NCBI GenBank assembly: GCA_037144095.1
Contig: JBAWXL010000001.1
Location: 1-51,032 of the forward strand
Source: Bacteroidota bacterium
Lineage (GTDB): Bacteria; Bacteroidota; Bacteroidia; Bacteroidales; CAIXTV01
Reading direction: 5' to 3'
Length of the DNA stretch: 51,032 nucleotides
Part shown: positions 45,421-51,032 of the stretch, one piece after another
How the letters are laid out: every line of letters starts with the position of its first letter
How positions within the stretch are numbered: position 1 is the stretch's first letter
The notes under the pieces: generated by a model
What the model was told of the DNA's origin: nothing
Seen by the model: only the letters and a program-made list of their open reading frames with translations
Databases searched by the model: none
Position numbers and translations under genes: made by a program

Positions 45421-46233
45421 TTATAATTTTGTAATCCAATTAAAATCAAGAATTTTAAAATGTTTAAATTCGTATTTATCATCTGTTTGTATGAAAATGA
45501 AATAGTTTTTCCCATGAGGGTCTTTCAACGGAATCCAATCATTATTTTGATATATAAGAGGTTGAACTAAATAATATTCTTTATAATGAGACATTAGGCT
45601 ATTTTGCTTTTTTGTAAATGTACCATTAAATGATATTCTATCAAGTTGACCATCATTGTTTATATCGCAATAGATATCATGTGGAAATTGCAAGCCTTCA
45701 ATTATCTGATATTCAATTTTATTTCCTTTAATGCAAAATATTTGATCATATTCAATTAGACAAAAGCTTCCATTACATTTTGGGGCATATGAATGAAGTA
45801 TTATATAAGTTATCCCATTTAGATTATAAATTGAAGCGTTTGTAATTTCAAGTCCCCAAAAAAGATTATTCGAATCAGGTAATAATATTTTATCATTTAT
45901 TTGAATATATGAGTTTGAATAATAATTTGGCAAACTCCAAATTGGATATTTTGTTGTGTCGTAAAACGAAATGAACTTTATTGTCCAGTTTTCTAACCTA
46001 ATGTTTTTAATCTCTTTAATAGTGTCATTCGAAATCTTTATAGTTGTTGATGAAGTATCTAAAATTGAATATGGTAATATTCTGCTAGAACTATTAATAT
46101 ATATGAAATTATAAAAATCATAAAAAGACTTAAAGTGATTTTTTGAAGTTGATTGACCAGAAGATAAATTAATTATAAATATTACAAATAGAAAAATAGA
46201 AAATATTGATTTTGTTATTTTTTTTATTGGCAT
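45421..46233 (-). CDS. Hypothetical secreted protein, very AT-rich gene
   Basis: 270-aa ORF with signal-anchor-like KSIFSIFLFVIFIINLSSGQS and a DINNDGQLD Ca-binding-like motif. I recognise no family. Confidence 0.6.
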   Translation of the reverse strand: MPIKKITKSIFSIFLFVIFIINLSSGQSTSKNHFKSFYDFYNFIYINSSSRILPYSILDTSSTTIKISNDTIKEIKNIRLENWTIKFISFYDTTKYPIWSLPNYYSNSYIQINDKILLPDSNNLFWGLEITNASIYNLNGITYIILHSYAPKCNGSFCLIEYDQIFCIKGNKIEYQIIEGLQFPHDIYCDINNDGQLDRISFNGTFTKKQNSLMSHYKEYYLVQPLIYQNNDWIPLKDPHGKNYFIFIQTDDKYEFKHFKILDFNWITKL

Positions 46234-46488
46234 AGTTTTTTTATTTTCAATTCCGTTTTTTTATGTGGTTTCCACCTCCACCTTAATCCACTGTAAAATT
46301 ACATATATTATAATTCTAAACATCATTATTGAAAAATATTTCTGATTATTCCTTCCAAAAACAACCAAAAATTACTCCCCTAAAAAACCATTTTTTTCCT
46401 TCCAAAATCCCCTAAAATCCCACCATTATGATCACCTTTTCAAGTTTTACTTACATTTAATTTTAATTTAGTATCAGGAAATTAAGAT

Positions 46489-46761
46489 TTAATATCACTA
46501 AATTAAAATATATTGACAGTAAATTTAAAGTTAGTAGCTATTTTTCTTTTCTTATTGTTAGTAAATCTAAATTAAATGTCCATAAATCTTTGGTCCTGTA
46601 CATACTATTTAGATTTTCTGTTCTTAAATCTTTTTTGTTGGATAGGAAATTTAGATTTGTGGCCAACAAATCAAGATACTATGACCACAAATCTAGAAAA
46701 CTTGTCATGAAATCAAAAAAATATGTCAATAAATCTAGATTTATTGACATATTTTAGTCTT
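46489..46761. repeat. Tandem array C: 13 units of exactly 21 bp (core AAATCTAGATTT), ending in a perfect 32-bp palindrome
   Basis: The AAAT[CT]... cores fall at 46489 + 21n for every n from 0 to 12 (units 4 and 7 are degenerate or inverted). The palindrome ATATGTCAATAAATCTAGATTTATTGACATAT is at 46731-46762. Confidence 0.9.
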
Positions 46762-46866
46762 GGTAATTAACTTGAATTCAGCACCATACAGAACGTTTAC
46801 TTTATTTTAACATTTCAAACGATGAAAATATGGCTGATTTGAGGAGGCTTATAAGTAGGTATCAGC

Positions 46867-46874
46867 CAAAAATA
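46867..46874 (-). promoter_or_regulatory. Candidate -7 box (TATTTTTG on the minus strand) pointing through array C toward the gene at 46233
   Basis: The + strand reads CAAAAATA, which is the reverse complement of TAnnTTTG. Confidence 0.3.
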
Positions 46875-46998
46875 TTAAGGCAATTAAAAGCGGCTCAAAA
46901 ACAAAAGTCGGCAATCTGCAATTACCCAAATGTGTGAATTTTGGTTTTGCTGACTGCCGACTGTAGACTGCCGACTTTTAATACTTTAAAGTCAGATA

Positions 46999-47637
46999 TT
47001 ATATCGCCATAAAGTAAATATATTGGCTCCAATCGCTTTTCCCTGCACCCGTTGTTGCACGATAACGGAAATAATAAGCAGTACCCGGAGTCAAGCCTTT
47101 AAGCAAATATTTGCAATGCATAGTCCCTTCGATTTCCGTCCAGGTATGACCATCGGTGCTCATTTGCCTTTCGTAGTAAGTATGTGGTCCCTTCGATTTA
47201 ATAATAAGATTAACTGTTCCCGAAACATCATGACGAGCTTCAAAGTCTTTTTTGCTGGAAACATACACTTTTTGAGTTCTGTAGCCATGTGCTTCAATAA
47301 TAGCAATGGCTTGAAGAGGATTTTGATCTGCAGTCCATTGAACCAGGGCAGCCCAACAGTGTAAAGCAGATTCTACCGGTAATTTAGCCAAATCGCGTTC
47401 TGAGGCAAGACCAATAGTACGTTGTGAAACTTTAGATTGTGCGGTCGAGTAGGTGCCTAAAAGACCTGTTACGACCAGAATGGTCGGAATGGGCGAAGTA
47501 ATCCATGTGGATGAAGTAAATAAATTAATTTTTCCGTGAGCATAAGTTATTAAATCATTGTCCTTTGAAGGCATTTCTTCAATAACTAATGGTCGGGTTG
47601 GTTTAACTTTTTCTTCGCTAACAACTTGTTTTCCCAT
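46999..47637 (-). CDS. Hypothetical protein with a C-terminal fibronectin-III-like domain
   Basis: 212-aa ORF whose C-terminal part is Fn3-like (GLTPGTAYYFRYRATTGAGKSDWS). Confidence 0.6.
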   Translation of the reverse strand: MGKQVVSEEKVKPTRPLVIEEMPSKDNDLITYAHGKINLFTSSTWITSPIPTILVVTGLLGTYSTAQSKVSQRTIGLASERDLAKLPVESALHCWAALVQWTADQNPLQAIAIIEAHGYRTQKVYVSSKKDFEARHDVSGTVNLIIKSKGPHTYYERQMSTDGHTWTEIEGTMHCKYLLKGLTPGTAYYFRYRATTGAGKSDWSQYIYFMAI

Positions 47638-47757
47638 AAGTTTGATTTTAATAATTAATAATTTTTTTTTGTAGATAAAACGATTTATTGTTTTTCATAC
47701 CACAAGACAATTTTTTTCATCAAAAGGTTGCCTGAGAAATGAAAAAAATTGAAATAT

Positions 47758-47777
47758 TTTTTGCCTTGTGGCAAAAA
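47758..47777. terminator. Weak hairpin downstream of the AlkD-like gene
   Basis: TTTTTGCC-TTGT-GGCAAAAA has only three GC pairs. Confidence 0.3.
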
Positions 47778-47870
47778 TTATTAATTTTCAATAATTTACA
47801 AATAAAAAATTTTTCTCACATTATTTGATTTTCCGAAATAAGCTCTGAAAGGCTAGCTACATCAGTGCTT

Positions 47871-48557
47871 TCAGTGTTTAATATTCTTCAGAATCGAAGG
47901 ATTGATGAGTTCCCGATAAGCGTCTTTTCCAATCCATTGAACCGTTTTGTTTTCCGATTTCATCAATATTTCGGCTATTTCAACGGCTTTTAAATTCAAG
48001 AGCCTACTCCTTTTCCCGATTTGACGTAAAGCCCAATTCACAGCTTTTTTCACGAAATTTCTCTCATCGGTCGAATAGGTCAAAATATAATCGAAGAAAG
48101 GCATGAGTAGGCTGTCGTCAGCTTTTTTATCCCCAATAGCAATGCCCGCCATCATTACAAAACCAGCCCGCCTGACATATTCGCGCTCATCTTTTGCCCA
48201 TTCGAAAGCCTTTTCCCATTTATAAGGGGTGTTTCTGAACAAATTACCACAACACTGATCGCAAATATCCCATGAATAAAAATCCTTAACCCATTGGTCC
48301 ATTTGTGATGGGCTTACTTTTGAAGGATCATCAATGATGGTGGCAAGAATTCGCGCTTCGTGAAATGCTGTTTCCCACAACGCTAAAGCCAATTCGTGAT
48401 TGTTTTTATACAGTCTGGCTTGCTTTCTGAGGATGGGAAGGGAAACACCAAATGCCGTAGTGGTAACAATACCAAATCGTTTCATGCCTTCAATAGCAGC
48501 AGTGTTTTTGTTTTCATTTAAGAAACAAAGGATTTCTTCAAGAAGGGGATTTTTCAT
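47871..48557 (-). CDS. DNA alkylation repair protein (AlkD-like HEAT-repeat family)
   Basis: 228 aa. The pattern LALALWETAFHEARILATIIDDP ... WDICDQCCGNLF ... VRRAGFVMMA ... FVKKAVNWALRQIGKR is typical of the family. Confidence 0.8.
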   Translation of the reverse strand: MKNPLLEEILCFLNENKNTAAIEGMKRFGIVTTTAFGVSLPILRKQARLYKNNHELALALWETAFHEARILATIIDDPSKVSPSQMDQWVKDFYSWDICDQCCGNLFRNTPYKWEKAFEWAKDEREYVRRAGFVMMAGIAIGDKKADDSLLMPFFDYILTYSTDERNFVKKAVNWALRQIGKRSRLLNLKAVEIAEILMKSENKTVQWIGKDAYRELINPSILKNIKH

Positions 48558-48594
48558 CAGAAAGAAAATTTTAAAAGTAAACTTGCCTGATTTC

Positions 48595-49512
48595 TTATTT
48601 CAAAGCAGAGGAATAAGAAATTGGAATGGGCTTAATGCTGTAACCTTTCGAGCGGAGTAATTGAAAAACCCCTTTCTCACCCATCAAATTTGCTGCTGCT
48701 AAAACAATAAAAGTAGATTGTTGCTTTATATTCATAATGATGTTGTTGCAAATCTTTTCGTTCCTTTCCGAGAAAAAACATTCAATAAATTGGGAAGGTA
48801 TTAGAGTCGTGTCAGTGGTAAGTTTAAAAACGGTGTTCATGTCTTTTTGAAGATAAGCATCTAAAACATCTTCGAAATTTTTCTTAATCAGGTTCGGATT
48901 TTTTAATCCAAAAAGCAGCATGTGTGCTTGTGTTTGAAGCGGGATTTTATCAATGGATTTTACCTGATTATTAAACTCCTCTAATTCAATTATTCTCTTC
49001 TTGTTTTTTTTAGCAAAGGCAAGCAACTGAGTGTCGAATGACTCTTTGTAATCTTTCGGGAATTCATATTTCATGAGTTGAGCATACAGAAAAAAAGGTT
49101 TCATTTTCGAGAAGGCACCCAGGCTCAAACCTGTATAGAGTTTATATTTTTTTTGGACAAAACTAAAATCTTCTTTTGTGAGAATCTTTTCAAGATTATT
49201 GTTCTGCATTAATACAAGGCTTCTTAACACAGCAGGAGGCACCAAATCAACGATTACTTCAAGAGCAAAAGCGTTGCATTCCAATATCTTTTGTTCTGCA
49301 ATGCTGTCAAATTGCTTGATACTCTTATCCTGAACCCTTATGGTTGCAAATAGATAACTGGGGTTTTTAATTCCCTCTCCTTTTATTTCCCACAATATAG
49401 TCTTTGTAGAATCCTGGTTTTCAGAGTATGAAAGAAACACCGAACCTGAAAAAAACAGGAGCATTATGAGTTTTAGGATTTGGAGTTTTACCATAATAAT
49501 TGCGTTAATCAT
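48595..49512 (-). CDS. TraB/GumN family protein
   Basis: 305 aa with a signal peptide, then LWEIKGEGIKNPSYLFATIRVQD (the family motif LW.I......SYL.GT.H in variant form). The start may be the Met at 49494. Confidence 0.65.
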   Translation of the reverse strand: MINAIIMVKLQILKLIMLLFFSGSVFLSYSENQDSTKTILWEIKGEGIKNPSYLFATIRVQDKSIKQFDSIAEQKILECNAFALEVIVDLVPPAVLRSLVLMQNNNLEKILTKEDFSFVQKKYKLYTGLSLGAFSKMKPFFLYAQLMKYEFPKDYKESFDTQLLAFAKKNKKRIIELEEFNNQVKSIDKIPLQTQAHMLLFGLKNPNLIKKNFEDVLDAYLQKDMNTVFKLTTDTTLIPSQFIECFFSERNEKICNNIIMNIKQQSTFIVLAAANLMGEKGVFQLLRSKGYSIKPIPISYSSALK

Positions 49513-50284
49513 TATGATTCATTTCGTTTCGTCGAAATTCGTTGAGAACTAATGCGGTGGCAATGGAAGCATTCAACGATTCAGGACCAACGGAAGTTTG
49601 ATGGCGAATATAACGTGGAATACTGATGGGATGGTTTACATAAGCTGCCAATTCATCAGAAATGCCTTTAGCCTCACTCCCAATAATAATCATCCCTTTT
49701 GAACTTAAAGGTGTTTTGTAAATTGAAGGAGAATCAATGAAAGCACCATAAATCGGTGTTTCCGATGGAGCCGAACTGATAAATTGCGCTAAATTTAAAG
49801 GGATTACTTTAACTCTTGTAAATGAACCCATGCTTGCCTGAATAACTTTTGGATTATAAAATTCAACCGTGTTCTCTGAACAAAAAACATGCCCAATTCC
49901 AAACCAATCTGCCGTGCGTATAATGGTTCCTAAATTTCCCGGGTCGCTAATATGATCCAAAATCAGAATAAGTTCATTATAAATAGAAACAACTTCATAC
50001 TGAAAATGTTTCATTTTCACTAATGCAATAACCCGGTTAGGAGTGCTAAGTCCCGACATCTGATCCAATTGTTTTTGAGAAACCATCTGTACAGGAATGT
50101 TCTGAATTGAGGAGGCATTTTCATTCATCCATTCTTCCAAAGCATACACTTCAATGATTTCAAAAGGTCCACTCATCAACTCAATCACCGACTTATCACC
50201 CTCAACAATAAATTGTTGATGCAATTGTCTGAATTTAGATAATTGCAGCGATTTTAAATGTTTTATAGTGTTTTTTGAAACCAT
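49505..50284 (-). CDS. TrmH/SpoU-family RNA 2'-O-methyltransferase
   Basis: 259 aa with motifs DPGNLGTIIRTADWFG, IIGSEAKGIS and ESLNASIATALVLNE. Confidence 0.88.
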   Translation of the reverse strand: MVSKNTIKHLKSLQLSKFRQLHQQFIVEGDKSVIELMSGPFEIIEVYALEEWMNENASSIQNIPVQMVSQKQLDQMSGLSTPNRVIALVKMKHFQYEVVSIYNELILILDHISDPGNLGTIIRTADWFGIGHVFCSENTVEFYNPKVIQASMGSFTRVKVIPLNLAQFISSAPSETPIYGAFIDSPSIYKTPLSSKGMIIIGSEAKGISDELAAYVNHPISIPRYIRHQTSVGPESLNASIATALVLNEFRRNEMNHND

Positions 50285-50290
50285 AATAAG

Positions 50291-50318
50291 AAAAAAAAAC
50301 CTGCCAGGGATGGCAGGT
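50291..50318 (-). terminator. Rho-independent terminator after rplI
   Basis: On the minus strand this reads ACCTGCCA-TCCC-TGGCAGGT followed by T9. Confidence 0.8.
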
Positions 50319-50344
50319 AAAAAAGATATATTTTATTTAAGAAT

Positions 50345-50794
50345 TTATTCGCCGAAAACTTCTAACGAAATTTCAACTTTTGATTCTTTATGAAGGTTGA
50401 TCATAGCTTTATATTCACCAAGCTCTTTAATATGATCGCCCATAATCGTTATTTTTTTACGATCTACTTCAATATTATGCTGTTCTTTAATAGCTTCAGC
50501 AATTTGAATAGTATTAACCGAACCAAATATTTTTCCTGTTGCTGCAGCTTTTGCGCCAATTTTAACAGTAATATTTTCTAATCTCTGAGCCAAACTTTGA
50601 GCTTCTTTTCTGATTTTATCATCTTTAAAAGCTTTTTGTTTAAGGTTTTCAGCAAGAATTTTACGATTGCTTTCGGTAGCAACGATGGCAATTCCTTGAG
50701 GTACTAAATAATTACGAGCGTAACCATTTTTCACTTTTAATATATCGTTCGTATAACCTAAGTTATGAACGTCTTGTTTTAAAATTATTTCCAT
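50345..50794 (-). CDS. rplI: 50S ribosomal protein L9
   Basis: 149 aa starting MEIILKQDV..LG......VKNGYARNYL.PQG.A, directly downstream of rpsR. Confidence 0.93.
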   Translation of the reverse strand: MEIILKQDVHNLGYTNDILKVKNGYARNYLVPQGIAIVATESNRKILAENLKQKAFKDDKIRKEAQSLAQRLENITVKIGAKAAATGKIFGSVNTIQIAEAIKEQHNIEVDRKKITIMGDHIKELGEYKAMINLHKESKVEISLEVFGE

Positions 50795-50811
50795 GGTATA
50801 TTATCTCCTGA

Positions 50812-51032
50812 TTATTTTAATAAATCTGCTACATAAGGCATTAATGCAAGATGACGGGCTCTTTTAACTGCTTTAGCAACTTTACGTTGATATTTAGTAG
50901 AAGTTCCGGTCAAACGACGGGGGAAAATCTTACCTTGTTCGTTAACGAACTTTAATAAGAACCCAGCGTCTTTATAGTCAATGTATTTAATTCTGCTTTT
51001 TTTAAAGCGTCAATATTTTTTCTTTTTAATAT
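50812..51032 (-). CDS. rpsR: 30S ribosomal protein S18, 5' end outside the window, with an in-frame TGA at the conserved Cys codon
   Basis: My translation is ..[71 protein letters not shown]. The TGA is at 51010-51012. It is absent from the ORF track because there is no ATG in the window. Confidence 0.85.

Noticed and set aside
46477-46764. The 96-codon open frame across array C (KSRF heptads) as a gene.
   Set aside because: There is no ATG, or a plausible alternative start with context, near its 5' end. It lies on the + strand between minus-strand genes. Openness is explained by a stop-free repeat unit. It is noted in the finding only.
1-51032. Mobile elements, prophage, a defence island, DGR or tRNA/rRNA genes.
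   Set aside because: No transposase, integrase, recombinase, reverse transcriptase, restriction or Cas-like ORFs are present. I saw no terminal inverted repeats bracketing a cassette and no tRNA-like T-arm (GGTTCGAATCC-type) sequences in the intergenic regions I read. The tail-fibre-like and collagen-like proteins stand alone, without other phage structural genes.

Overview
This 51-kb chromosomal segment has Bacteroidota hallmarks: low GC, TAnnTTTG-type -7 promoter boxes, a T9SS type-B C-terminal sorting domain and an rpsR-rplI pair. About 26 protein-coding genes or fragments are supportable, nearly all on the minus strand. I saw no rRNA, tRNA, CRISPR array, transposase or integrase.

Gene content from left to right:
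1. A partial PD40/TolB-like gene that runs off the window and is absent from the ORF track.
2. A duplicated surface cassette: two tandem collagen-like/tail-fibre-like secreted proteins, a 5' remnant of a third, and two paralogous small 4-TM proteins.
3. A nucleotide-sugar operon (WbpA/B/D/E-like enzymes, RfbB, a CpsB-type phosphatase) interrupted by an SRPBCC/GyrI-like gene.
4. A 992-aa T9SS adhesin.
5. One uninterrupted 21.4-kb ORF of about 7,140 aa. It encodes a mosaic surface protein with beta-propeller-like, LRR, Ig-like, HYR, PKD, CUB, SprB and CARDB segments, a dockerin-like end and six glycine-rich modules.
6. An AT-rich islet with an orphan DUF2283 gene.
7. Housekeeping genes: AlkD-like, TraB/GumN, a SpoU methyltransferase, L9 and S18.

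Most unusual observations:
- Three unrelated intergenic tandem arrays hold an exact 21-bp or 42-bp register (9518-9838, 22692-23045, 46489-46761). Each lies just downstream of a -7 promoter box, so they may be repeat-bearing 5' leaders.
- ALK/LTK-GlyR-like glycine-rich modules are reused seven times across two loci, and one is inserted inside a HYR domain.
- rpsR carries an in-frame TGA at its conserved Cys codon.

All domain and family calls are motif recognition by eye. No HMM or database search was possible.
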